Assembly (NCBI GenBank): GCA_951406725.2
Contig: OX597819.1
Span: forward strand, 10,850,001 to 10,914,000
Length of the DNA stretch: 64,000 nt
Direction of reading: 5' to 3'
Source of the DNA: Octopus vulgaris
Lineage: Eukaryota
The position numbers and the translations under genes were made by a program. Shown piece after piece: positions 39,650-52,021 of this stretch. How positions within the stretch are numbered: the stretch's first letter is position 1; each line of letters opens with the position of its first letter. The notes under the pieces were generated by a model that was not told the DNA's origin, did not search any database, and saw only the letters and a program-made list of their open reading frames with translations.

Positions 39650-40012
39650 AAAAGCACCATCCGTTCGTGCCCGTTGCCAGCGCTGCCCCGACTGGCCTCG
39701 TGCCAGTGGCACGTAAAAAGCACCATCCGTTCATATCTGTTGCCAGCCTCGCCTGGCCCCCGCGCCGGTGGCACATAAAAAGCACCATCCGATCGTGGCC
39801 GTTTGCCAGACTCATCTGGCACCTGTGCCGGTGGCACGTAAAAAGCACCCACTACACTCATGGAGTGGTTGGCGTTAGGAAGGGCATCAAGCTGTAGAAA
39901 CATTGCCAGATCAAACTGGGCCTGGTGCAGCCTTCTGGCTTCCCAGACCCTAGTTGAACTGTCCAACCCATGCTAGCATGGAAAGCGGACGCTTAACGAT
40001 GATGATGATGAT
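39650..40012 (+). mobile_element. RTE 3' end with minisatellite
   Basis: Same family; (GAT)n tail. Confidence 0.85.
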
Positions 40013-40432
40013 GTGTGTGTATATATAGATATTGGGTATGGTAGATGAGTTTAGTAAAAATTTAGATTCAAGTACTTAAGTTGATGTGCCAGAATTTAGT
40101 ATGGTATTATCCATACAACTTCAAAGAAAGGTGATTAAAATCAAAATAAGCAACAAGGATATCCACAGGTAATGCAGTTCTGCCAGCAGGCTCCATTCAC
40201 TATTGCTAGTTAACTGACTTGTGACACAACTTAAGCTTCAACTGACCAATTGAGGGCAAGAGTGCATAATTTTGGCCCCTGCTCTCTCTAGGCCTACCTT
40301 CCAACAGAGTTGTTTGAATTTCAGCTCCATCAGTCCAAGCCAACTAACTGTCAAACCTTTCACCCATCGGGGAGTGGGGCATGTAATGAATGAGATAATT
40401 TCCATGGGTGACCTGTCAAGTAGCAATGCTGT

Positions 40433-41305
40433 TTAAGTGTCAGTCAGCCTCACCTGGTGATGCTATTTCTCAGTCAGCACATTATGGCTTTTGAGCCATT
40501 TTGAGTCTTCTCGTTTCAGCCATATATGGAAGCTGGCCTTTTCAACTGCCTCCTGTATCCTCCTTATTAGTTTTCTCAGCTCAGTGCTTGAAAATCCAAA
40601 TCTTCTTTTAAATAGCATTGCTATTTTCCTTTCAAAGAAGCCTCTCATCCCCACTTGTTCCTTGCATTCTTCTATTAATCTCTCATACCTCCTCTCCTTC
40701 CGTCACTCTGTATTAGCAATGTTCTCTTCCCATGGCACTGTCAGCTCTATCAATATTTCAATTTTCCATTCTGTATTCCAAAGAATTAAGTCTGGTCTTT
40801 TTGTTGTTATTATGAGCAGGAATGTTACTTGTCTTTCTAGACCTACGGCAAGCTCCCAGTATCCTTTCCATCTTTTGTCTGTCTTGTATACTTTTCTGGA
40901 CCTAGTCTTATGTCCTTCTCCCTCCTTCTGGAAGTATATCCTTCCATGCTTTTCCATTTTCAGGTACTCTCCTCTATTCTACTCCTTGATCTTCTCTTTG
41001 TGTGCTGTGCTTATAACACAGAGGACTTGGTTGTGACACCATGTATATCTGTCTAGTGCCAGCCTGCAGTTTGACAGGACATGTCTCATCATTGCTTTCT
41101 CTCTGCATTTACATTCATCAGCCGTTTGTATGTTCCACCGGACTAAGTTGGCCAGTGATGGGGTAAAACATCGAAGGTGGACTTGTTCAGGAAGGATGTT
41201 CCCAAGCCCAAAGTTTTTTCCATGTGATTTTGCGACTAACCATATATTCCTCCCATCTTAGGAACTGTCCCTGTTAACTACACTGCACCAAGTGTACAGT
41301 TCATC
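40433..41305 (-). pseudogene. HERO-like non-LTR element: CCHC plus restriction-like endonuclease, 3' end
   Basis: QGQFLRWEE...KITWKKLW, STFDVL, ANLVRW, CKC...HVLSNC...RYTWCHNQVL, TTKRPDLILW...IELTVPWEENI, AVEKASFHIWLKR. Confidence 0.75.
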
Positions 41306-42270
41306 TTTTTCCTCTTTGAGACCATTTCGTCTCAAGTCATTATAAATGGTATTATTTTAACCTTTAGGGTGGCGAGCTGGCAGAAACGTTAGCATGCTGG
41401 GCGAAATGTGTAGCTGTATTTCGCCTACCGCTACGTTCTGAGTTCAAATTCCGCCGAGGTCGACTTTGACTTTCATCCTTTTGGGGTCGATAAATTAAGT
41501 ACCAGTTACGCACTGGGGTCGATGTAATCGACTTAATCCCTTTGTCTGTCCTTGTTTGTCCCCTCTGTGTTTAGCCCCTTGTGGGTAGTAGAGAAATAGG
41601 TATTATTTTAACCTTATATCCTTTCATCTGTTTAATTTCTTTAGCAAGTCTAATATACTTTTCTATTTTTCGACTTCATTCAGTTTTTTTGTCGTAGTTA
41701 TTCCAATTTCGATTATTATTGTTTCTTTTCTTTCGTGTTCAAATATTGCAATATTGGGATTATTGTTTTCTATATGGTTTGGTGTTATTACTGGGCTATC
41801 TACTAAAATCTTAACCTTTTCACTTGTTGCTACCTTTTCTATTTGCTCGTTTCTGATTTACTGTTTTTTGGTATATTATATTGCTGTAGTAGGTTCACAA
41901 AGATTATCTTGGTTATCTCATCGTGTCTCCCTTGATATTTCGTGTGTGCTATTTTTCCACATTGTATTGCCATATGTTCGATATTTCCTTTGTTTTTTTA
42001 CAATATCTGCATGCCTTTCTTCTTCCATAGTAGTTGTTTCTGTCTTGTAAATACTGTATAATATTTTTATCTATCATTGAGTATTTGTTTTATAAATTTT
42101 AATGAGTCTCTTTTTGATACTGCTTCTTCATTCAGGTGATTAAAGTATTCACCATGTATTTCTTTGTGTGATTGTTCAGTAAATATTTTTTCTCCCTCCT
42201 CGTATTTTTTGTAATCATTGGCATTATTGATTTTATTTTTTATGCATTCTTTTTTATTTCCATAATACCG
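41306..42270 (-). pseudogene. Decayed R4/Dong-like RLE LINE fragment (SINE-B inserted)
   Basis: HGEYFNHL, IEHMAIQC...YQGRHDEI, IIIEIGIT, RLAKEIKQMKGYKVKII; many stops. Confidence 0.55.
41367..41600 (+). mobile_element. SINE-B with TSD
   Basis: Flanked by GGTTATTATTTTAACCTT / GGTATTATTTTTAACCTT. Confidence 0.88.
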
Positions 42271-42297
42271 TAACCCTTATAATATATAAAAAAAAGA

Positions 42298-42337
<40 letters not shown>

Positions 42338-42340
42338 TCA

Positions 42341-42525
42341 TTAAGTGTCAGTCAGCCTCACCTGGTGATGCTATTTCTCAGTTGGCACATTATGGCTTTT
42401 GAGCCATTTTGAGTCTTCTCGTTTCTGCCATATATGGAAGCTGGCCTTTTCAACTGCCTCCTGTATCCTCCTTATTAGTTTTCTCACCTCAGTGCTTGAA
42501 AATTCAAATCTTCTTTTAAATAGCA
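42341..42525 (-). mobile_element. Second HERO-like 3' end abutting (AAT)n
   Basis: Near-identical to 40433-40617. Confidence 0.85.
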
Positions 42526-43175
42526 GTTGGCCAGTATTTATACTGGACAATATGTCGGCATTATAAAATCAAAACTGTTGACAAATGGTATAAACACGAT
42601 CCTGAAGCTGTGACTGAGGGAGAAAATGCGTTGATTCTATGGGACTTCCTCGTACATACCAACAAAACTACAAAAGCTAATAAACCAGATATTATTATAA
42701 AAGATCAGACAAAAAAGGTGTGTTTATTAATTGACGTGAGTATTCCTTGCGATCACAATATAGCGGCGAAAGAATTTGACAAGATCAGTAAATATAAAGA
42801 CTTGACAATAGAAATTGAAAAAATGTGGCATGTCAAGGCAAATACAGTACCAGTGATTATAGGATCTCTAGGAATGATAAAAAAAGGTACTGAAACCTAT
42901 TTGAAAATGATACCAGGTTTACCATCCCTACAAGAAGTGCAAAAAATCGTGTCAACTGGAACGGCTCATGTACTGAGAAGAACATTATCGCTGTGAAAAC
43001 AACATACATTCATAAATTTATTTATTTATTAATTTTTTTGAATACATATTTTACCTGTGAATTTGCGTGTCTAATCTGGGAATGCATACAATGAGCTTCT
43101 CTGCCCTAGGTGTACGGAAAGCACTCGGCGAGAAACGGAAGAAAATTTGAAGAAAGAAGGAAGAAAAAATAATTA
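42526..43175 (+). pseudogene. R4/Dong-like RLE LINE 3' end
   Basis: KWYKHDPEAV...ILWDF...ANKPDIII...LIDVSIP...KEFDKISKYKDL...PVIIGSLG...QKIVSTGTAHVLRR*. Confidence 0.85.
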
Positions 43176-43380
43176 TAATAATGAGCAAAAATCTTGAGAA
43201 GTACATGGAACAAATAGGGGCTGCAATAAGGGTAGAGCACTTGCAGAAAACAGCACTGCTTGGAACCACTCAAATACTGATGTTACCTTAGTTCATTAAT
43301 AGCGAACAGCTGACACTGTAATACATCTCCAGCATTAGAAGCTGTGCAAAGGCAATGATAATAATAATGATAATGATGAT
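43176..43380 (+). mobile_element. Another R4/Dong-like extreme 3' fragment
   Basis: KNLEKYMEQIG...EHLQKTALLGT; (AAT/GAT)n tail. Confidence 0.65.
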
Positions 43381-43402
43381 AATTTTACCTATGGTAAAAT
43401 AA

Positions 43403-44070
43403 GCACAGGAGTGGCTGTGTGGTAAGTAGCTTGCTTACCAACCACATGGTTCCAGGTTCATTCCCATTGTGTGGTACCTTGGGCAAGTGTCTTCTACGAT
43501 AGCTTTGGGTCGACCAATGCCTTGTGAGTGGATTTGATAGACAGAAACTGAAAGAAGCCTGTTGTATATATATATATATATATATACATGTGTGTGTGTG
43601 TGTGTGTTTGAGTGTCTGTGCTTGTCCCCCCCCAACATCGCTTGACAGCCGATGTTGGTGTGTTTACATTCCTGTAACTTAGCGGTTCAGCAAAAGAGAC
43701 CGATAGAATAAGTACTAGGCTTACAACGAATAAGTCCTGGGGTTGATTTGCTCGACTAAAGGCGGTGCTCCAGCATGGCCACAGTCAAATGACTGAAACA
43801 AGTAAAAGAGTATATATATATATATATATATGCATGTGTGTGTGTATATGTTTGTGTGTCTGTGTTTGTACCCCCCAACATTGATTGACAACCGATGGTG
43901 GTGTGTTTACGTCCCCATAACTTAGCAGTTCAGCAAAACAGACCGATAGAATAAGTACTAAGCTTACAAAAAATAAGTCCTGGGATCGATTTGCTCGACT
44001 AAAGGTGGTGCTCCAGCATGGCCACAGTCAAATTACTGAAACAAGTAAAAGAGAGTGGAAAAAAAGAGAG
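43403..44070 (+). mobile_element. SINE-A plus a tandem second 3' half
   Basis: Full copy to about 43810, then a repeated microsatellite and tail. Confidence 0.85.
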
Positions 44071-44726
44071 TATGGTGAAATTTACCATGGTGGAATATAC
44101 CATGGTGAAATTTATCTGGTAGAATTTTCCATAGTGGAATTTACCACAATCGAATTTACCGGTCACCGTATATATATATACAATAGGCTTCTTTCAGTTT
44201 CTGTCTACCAAATCCACTCACAAGGCTTTGGTTGACCTGAGGCTATAGCAGAAGACACTTGCCTAAGGTGTCATGCAATGGGACTGAACCTGCACCTATA
44301 TATATGTATATATATATATATATAAAATGGAACAAAAATGCAATAGAGGACAATAAAACATCTGGACAGATAGACTATACAAGGCAGACAGGAAAACAAC
44401 AATTGGAGTGATGGGAAAAAAAAATGGCTTTCTTTCGTCAGTCAAGTTACCAGATATGCCTATATATATATCGCCTTCACCTTCGAAACATAGAGTAGAT
44501 GAAACATTGGCGACTGAAGAAGGGGTTTTTTCTTTGTGTTAATTGTCCTGTACTCTATTTTTTTGTTGTTTAAAAAAATGTCCAGTTCCTTGGGTTTGTG
44601 TCTATGTTTTCGTTTCTCATTGTGTTCGACGTTTTTTTGGTGTCCTGTACTCATATATGCATGTATATATACATATAGATGTAGGTATGTACATATATGT
44701 ATATATATATGCATATGTTTTATTTA

Positions 44727-44775
<49 letters not shown>

Positions 44776-46024
44776 GTAGGCATGTGTTTAAGAAGTTTGC
44801 TTCGATCTTACCATACAAATGTTGTCTTCTGTGATAGACTTGAGTGAACAATGTTTTATGAGTGAAATGAGGTAGGTAGAAACTGTAAGGAAGCCTACCA
44901 TATACAAATGTATGTATGTGTATGTGTACACATGTGTGTCTTCCCGTGTATCTTCACATTGACACCGCTTAGGTAAGCAATGATATTTGCTTATTTGCCA
45001 CATAAAACAATATGCTTTAAAACTCAGCAATTTCACGTATGGAAAGATGGAACATAGTGCTTTACTTGAAAATAAGAAAAGGTTGACATCAGGAAGGGCA
45101 TCAGTCAGTACATCACTACCTCAAAAAGTATCATCTAACCTGTGCCAACATGGAAAAAGTGAATGCAAAAGTGAGGTCAACAACAACAACAATGAAGATG
45201 ACAACAACTTGGAGAAAGATGAGGTGAGGATGAGGAAGAAGGAGAGAATTTCATTTTAACAGATACTGAAACAGATTTGAGTGTAGTATAAAAGTACAAA
45301 TAAATTTCCCCTAAAACATACCCTTGAAACCCTGGCCTTAATTCTAATCATGACTCTTCTAAATGGCTGAGTAACTTTTACACCAACACGTCTTTGCTTT
45401 GGTAAATGTAGTAATTTTTATGTGACTTAATGTGTCATGTTAGAAAAAGCAATTAGAAAAGTGCATTTACAAAACAAAAGGGAAGTTTTTATGAGGCCAT
45501 CATGATAGAATTTATATAAAAACCATTTTACTGGAATTTGGGAAAAAGCCAAACCAGAAGTTTTCTTAGAATGCTTGCCATTATAGAATGAAATGAAGAA
45601 ATCTAAAGATAAGAGAGTATGCAAAATGAAGCGATGATTTCCACGAATAAATCAGCTGTTTGACTATTGATCACCTATAACTGTAGTTATAATAGATGTT
45701 GACTATTCATACCTGATCTCAAAGAATAACATTCAACTCCCAATCAATATGCTTGATTTAATCATCTGCAGACAGCAAAAAGCAAAAACAAAAATAAAAG
45801 AGGTTCCACTGGATTCACAGAAATATTGGTTTATTGAAACTATTGAAAATGTACAGTCTACCTTAAACCATTTTTATGTCCATGGTATATGCATGAGTCT
45901 TGTGTTTTTCCCCTTTGTTAATTGCTGTTGTTGTTGTTATTATATCATCATCATCATCAGTAGTAGTAGTAGTAGTAGTAGTAGTAAAATTGTTAGCATG
46001 CCAAACAAAATGTTAACTCTCTAT

Positions 46025-46430
46025 TTTACTCTTTTACTTGTTTCAGTCATTTGACTGCGACCATGCTGGAGCACCGCCTTTAGTCGAGCAAATCGACCCC
46101 ACCCAGGACTTATTCTTTGTAAGCCCAGTACTTATTCTATCGGTCTCTTTTGCCGAACCGCTAAGTGATGGGGACGTAAACACACCAGCATCGGTTGTCA
46201 AGCAATGCTAGGGGGACAAACATAGACACACAAACACACACACACATACATATATATATACATATATACGACAGGCTTCTTTCAGTTTCCGTCTACCAAA
46301 TCCACTCACAAGGCATTGGTCGGCCCGGGGCTATAGCAGAAGACACATGCCCAAGATGCCACGCAATGTGATTGAACCCGGAACCATGTGGCTGGTTAGC
46401 AAGCTACTTACCACACAGCCACTCCTGCGC
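46025..46430 (-). mobile_element. SINE-A
   Basis: Full-length copy, inserted inside a SINE-B. Confidence 0.9.
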
Positions 46431-46659
46431 TTATGTTAAGCTGTATTTTTGTTTGTCTTTATGCTCTAAGGTCAAATTCCATGGAGGTTAACTTTGCCTT
46501 TCATCCTTTTGGGGTTGATAAAATAAGTACCAGTCAAATCCTGGGGTTGATGTAATCAACTACCCTCACATCAAATTTCAGACCTTGTGACTATAGCAGA
46601 AACATTTATTATTGTTATTATTATTATTATTATTCAGTAGTTTTATTTTTATAGCGTGC

Positions 46660-46709
<50 letters not shown>

Positions 46710-46712
<3 letters not shown>

Positions 46713-47059
46713 TAGTTTTATTTTATTTCACTACCGAGCGCAGCTCTGTGTGCCTTGGGTATGTGCTGTGATTTGTTGTGATGCTCTGATGGTTATTGTA
46801 TGGAAAGTGTTCTGCGTAGGATGTGTGCAGTGCCTAGTAGTGCAATTTTCTGTATGTTATATGTGTTTGTAAGTCCTGGTGTTTTTGTTATGTATTTGTC
46901 TGAATATTTTTTTATCAGGCCTAATGCACCTACTATGATAGGAATTGTTTCTGTTTTTAGATTCCACATTCTGGTTACCTCTATTTCCAGGTCTTTGTAT
47001 TTTGAAAGTTTCTCCATTTCTTTTAGAGACACGTTGTCATCTGCTGGTATTGATACATC

Positions 47060-47060
<1 letters not shown>
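46710..47060 (-). pseudogene. R4/Dong-like RLE 3' end embedded in (TAA)n
   Basis: IDVSIPADDNVSLKEMEKLSKYKDL...PIIVGALG...QKIALLGTAHILRR*; (ATT)n on both sides. Confidence 0.85.
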
Positions 47061-47107
<47 letters not shown>

Positions 47108-47144
47108 CATTATTATTATTATTGTTGTTGTTATTATTGTTATT

Positions 47145-47612
47145 AGCTCACTGGACAAAATGCTTAGTGGTATTTTGCCCATTGGTATGTTCTGAGTTCA
47201 AATTCCGCCAAGGCTGACTTTATCTTTCATCCTCTTGAGGTCGATAAAAAGAGTACCAGCCAGACACTGGGGTTGATGTAATCGACTTGCTCCCTTCCCT
47301 GAACTTGATGGCCTTGTACCACAATTTGAAATCCTTATTATTATTATTATTATTATTATTATAATTTTTATTATTATTTTCATCATTGTTAAAGATGGTG
47401 AGCTGGCAGAATCATCAGTACAGTGGGTGAAATGCTTAGCGGCATTTTGTCCATCCTTACATTCTGAGTTCAAATTCCATCAAGGTCAACTTTGCCTTTC
47501 ATCCTTTTGAGGTTGATAAAAAGAGTACCAGCCAGATACTGGGGTCGATGTAATTGACTTGCTCACTTCCCTGAACTTATGTCACAATTTGAAATCATCA
47601 TTATTATTATTG

Positions 47613-47658
<46 letters not shown>

Positions 47659-47705
47659 AGGCAGCAAGCTGGCAGAATCATAAACACACCAAGCAAAATG
47701 CTTAG
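47145..47705 (+). mobile_element. Head-to-tail SINE-B array separated by (ATT)n
   Basis: Copies start at about 47145, 47391 and 47655. Confidence 0.8.
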
Positions 47706-47991
47706 GAAGAAAGAAAGGAAAAAAGAAAAAGAGAGAGACAGAAAAAGTGGGAGAGAGAAGTGTTCATGATGTGAGGCAGACGAATCGTAATATTTATAAC
47801 ATGGTTAAAAAGTTAGTTGAAGGGTGTGATTGATATAGAGGAAGAGAGTTAGAAATACAATGTTTAGCAGTGGGGTGATGTTCTGGTGGTGAGGTTAAAG
47901 AAAGACATTGAGAAAGAGAGGTGGGGAGGAAAGAATGGAGTGAGTGAGAGAGAGAAAGGGAGAGGAGAGAATGAGTAATGGCGTTATTCAA

Positions 47992-48403
47992 TTCTTTATT
48001 GCCCACAAGGGGCTAAACATAGAGGGGACAAACAAGGACAGACAAAGGGATTAAGTCGATTACATCAATCCCACTGCGTAACTAGTACTTATTTAATCGA
48101 CCCCGAAAGGATGAAAGGCAAAGTCGACCTTGGCAGAATTTGAACTCAGAACATAGTGGCAGACAAAATACCTATTTCTTTATTATCCATAAGGGGCTAA
48201 ACACAGAGGGGACAAACAAGGACAGACATAGGTATTAAGTCGATTACATCAACCCCAGTGCGTAACTGGTACTTAATTTATCGACCCCGAAAGGATGAAA
48301 GGCAAAGTCGACCTCGGTGGAATTTGAACTCACAATGTAACGCAGACGAAATACCGCTAAGCATTTTGCCTGGCATGCTAACAATTCTGCCAGCTCGCCG
48401 CCT
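47992..48403 (-). mobile_element. SINE-B with duplicated 3' body and TSD
   Basis: TGAGTAATGGCGTTATT on both flanks. Confidence 0.88.
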
Positions 48404-49192
48404 TTGAGTAATGGCGTTATTGCTAACCAATGCTTTAAGCTGTCATGTGGTTAGTGGAAGTGAGAGATGAAGAGAAAGAAAGAGAGAAATGATAATGATG
48501 TGAAGAGGGGAATGACAGTCAAAAAGTTTGTTGAAGTAAGAAGCAGATAGAGAGAGGGGGGAAAGGAGAATGGGGAAGAGAGAGAGGTGGAGAGTGGGAG
48601 GGAGAGTGCGAGGAGAGAGAGAGAGATGAAGTGTTTAGCAGAGGGAAATTTTGAACATCATATATTATTGTAAGTAACAAGAAAACATTTTAATATTCAA
48701 TTTTTTGTATCTTCTGTCTGTCAATCTATTTATCTATCCACATTAACAAATACATTGATGGGTCGACAGAAGAAGGAATAACAATAACAAACTTGTCATA
48801 GAAAGATAAATTCTTCGACCTAAGTGCAATAACTAGCCATGAATGTTATTTTTAAAAAAGAAACTTGTTAATCGAACTTTATATTGACTGCAAGAAAAGT
48901 AGATATAACCAAACAAGTGAACTGGAGTGAAATCAAATAATCCTGGTTAGCAAACAACTTAGACTGAGTTTCATTAGTGAAAACTATAATTATGGTGGTG
49001 ATGATGATGATGATGATGATGATGATGGTGATGAAGGTAGTGGTGGTGGTGGTGAGTGGATTGTCAGAAGTGTAGTTTTTTTTCTATTTTAACTGAACTA
49101 AATTGTTTATATTGCCTATTATTTAATGCTTGCACATAAATGCAATTATTTATAATCTGCTCACTTGAAAATTATTATTTGTTTATACAATA

Positions 49193-49591
49193 CTAGCAGT
49201 ATCGCCCGGCTTGCTCGGGTTTGTAAGGGAAATAAATATATAAGCATTTTTAGAGATGTAAAGTATAATAGCCATCTCAATATGGCTAACCACAAAAGGG
49301 GGGGGGCTGTTACTGTAGCTTTTTACGTTCTGAGATTTAATAATAAATTTTTAGAGAGTCACTTCCCTTATATATGCCAAAAATGCATTAAAAATGGGAA
49401 AAATTGATGGTCATTTTTTTTTTAAATCGTAGACTCATCGTAGACGCGCGCTAATACCCAGAAGGGCTCGATATGAATCACGACTATAAGATATCCGGTT
49501 TTGGTTAAACTGCACCGCAAAATGTGGGAGTAGTTAGGAATCTAAATCGTAGGAGACAGACAGCACACAACCTCACTTTTATATATAAAGA
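49193..49591 (-). mobile_element. Non-autonomous Helitron (same family as 28316-28712)
   Basis: TC...hairpin...CTAG at an A|T site; both ends are shared with the first copy. Confidence 0.85.
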
Positions 49592-49759
49592 TGAATGACA
49601 GACAATGTAAGTTAGCAAGAGAAAGAATGAGACACTACAGGCAATAATGTAAAGAGAAGCAAGGGACAAATCACTAGAATAACTCCATAAACTTACAATC
49701 TATTAAATAATTTCAAATTTATGATGGAATTTTCACAGGTTCTGCTAGTTATTATTATT

Positions 49760-50190
49760 GGCAGAATCATTAGCATGTTTGGCAAAATGCTTTGTGCCAT
49801 TTCATCTGTTCTGAGTTCAAATTCTGCTGAGGTCAACTTTGCCTTTCATCCTTTTGGGGTCGATAAATTAAGTACCAGTTGAATACAAGGGTTAAGGCGG
49901 CGAGCTGGCAGAAACGTTAGCACGCTGGGCGAAATGCGTGAGCCGTATTTCGTCTGCCGTTACGTTCTGAGTTCAAATTCCGCCGAGGTTGACTTTGCCT
50001 TTCATCCTTTCGGGGTCGATTAAATAAGTACCAGTTACGCACTGGGATCGATATAATCCGTGTGTCTGTCCTTGTTTGTCCTCTTTGTGTTTAGCCCCTT
50101 GTGGGTAGTAAAGAAATAGGTTAATGTAATCGACTAGCTCCCTCCCGCAAAATTTCAGACCTTGTGTCTATAGTAGAGAAGATTATTATT
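49760..50190 (+). mobile_element. Young SINE-B (49894-50120) nested in an older SINE-B
   Basis: GGTTAA repeated at both junctions. Confidence 0.8.
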
Positions 50191-50197
50191 ATCATCA

Positions 50198-50266
50198 TTT
50201 CTTCTTCTTCTTCTTCTTCTTCTTCTTCTTCTTCTTCTTCTTCTTCTTCTTCTTCTTCTTCTTCTT

Positions 50267-50297
<31 letters not shown>

Positions 50298-50317
50298 TTA
50301 TTATTATTATTATTATT
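50198..50317. repeat. (CTT)n(ATT)n microsatellite
   Basis: Seen directly. Confidence 0.95.
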
Positions 50318-50987
50318 GAATGAGAGAGCAGCTGATGCCACCAAAGTGACACTAAAGTACAAATATACAAAGTACAAATATACAAAACCCAATATACTCA
50401 TCATGATTACCCATCTGATAAGGGTATATCAGGCACATGCATCACAACCATATGTACACGACATGGTGATCTCATATCAATATAAACAGTGCATGACCTT
50501 GCAGGTGGGGCCCAGTTAGAATTTTCTTCAAGTTGAGTTGCCAATCCTACTCATAAAGTCCCTGAATAAGGGTTGTTTAAGGATGATGAACAAAGCACCC
50601 ATGTTTTCAAGGGTGATTTATTCAAACCACAAAAATCCCTCTCAACGCATGGCTATCATGCTCCCTCACTACTGTTTGTGATCAGGGATGCACATATCTT
50701 CAGCCTCTAAAGGATATTCTCAACTGGTTAAAATCAAATAACTGACAAGCAAATCTGTGGCGTTGAGGAGAATATTTGCCCATATGTTATCACATCGAAT
50801 CAGTTAAAATCAGAAGCTATGAGAGTCACTGCCTGGTACTGCAATTGGGCATTGTTAAGGTCAGAAGCCATAAGAGCTAAAAGGGAGTGAGACGGTATAA
50901 TCACTAGCATGCCATCAAAATGGCTTGCATTTCTTCTGGAAATGGAAGCATATCATAGCTTCCATTGAAGAGGAAAACTTTATATAT

Positions 50988-51388
50988 AGGCGCAAGAGTG
51001 GTTGTGTGGTAAGTAGCTTGCTAACCAACCACATGGTTCCGGGTTCAGTCCCACTGTGTGACATCTTGGGCAAGTGTCTTCTGCTATAGCCCCGGGTCGA
51101 CCAATGCCTTGTGAGTGGATTTAGTAGATGGAAACTGAAAGAAGCCTGTCGTATATATGTATATATATATGTGTGTGTGTGTGGGTTTGTGTGTCTGTGT
51201 TTGTCCCCCTAGCATTGCTTGACAACCGATGCTGGTATGTTTACGTCCCCGTCACTTAGTGGTTCGGCAAAAGAGACCGATAGAATAAGTACTGGGCTTA
51301 CAAAGAATTAGTCGATTTGATCGACTAAAGGTGGTGCTCCAGCATGGCCGCAGTCAAATGACTGAAACAAGTAAAAGAGTAAAAGAGT
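50988..51388 (+). mobile_element. SINE-A
   Basis: Full-length copy. Confidence 0.9.
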
Positions 51389-52021
51389 ATATGCTTCCGG
51401 TGGCTGTAATAGCACTCTTGTAGAGTCATGGACAGGCAAGGTAACTCATCTTCAATCTCAATTAGGAATGATGAACACCAAGTGTTTCATCATTTTTGTG
51501 GCTTGTCAACGTCATGTATCCATCATGGTTGAAGACCCGGTGTCCATCACTCCCAAATGGGATTGAAGGTAAGTTACCTCGCCTGTCCATGATTCTGAGG
51601 TGTTTTAACAGCCAACATTTTGAGAGTGAATATACTACATCATACTATTGCAGCCAGCAGAAAATACACGAAGTGTATACATTAAATATAAATAGTTAAT
51701 AATATTTATCATACTAGAGCTGCTTTTACTTCAGGTGTAAATTTTCTCTTAGGTATGCAATTTCCAGGCATGCCAGCACATGTTTTTACAAGTCATGAAC
51801 TGGCAAGGTGAGTTGCCTTCAACCTTGGCAGGTACATGTTGTTGACAAGGCACAAAAATGGTGAAACACCAGGTGTCCATCACTTCCAAATGGGATTGAA
51901 GATGAGTTACCTTGTCCGTCCATGACTCTGAGGTGTTATAGCATGGTGCTTTGAGAGTGCAAATATTCCATCATGCTATGGCAGCTGCTGGAAAATAAAT
52001 GAAGCATATACATGAAGGTTA

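Noticed and set aside
44430-44530. CTGAAGA/GAAAC motifs as a type II/III hammerhead
   Set aside because: Stems could not be closed around the core in the required order.
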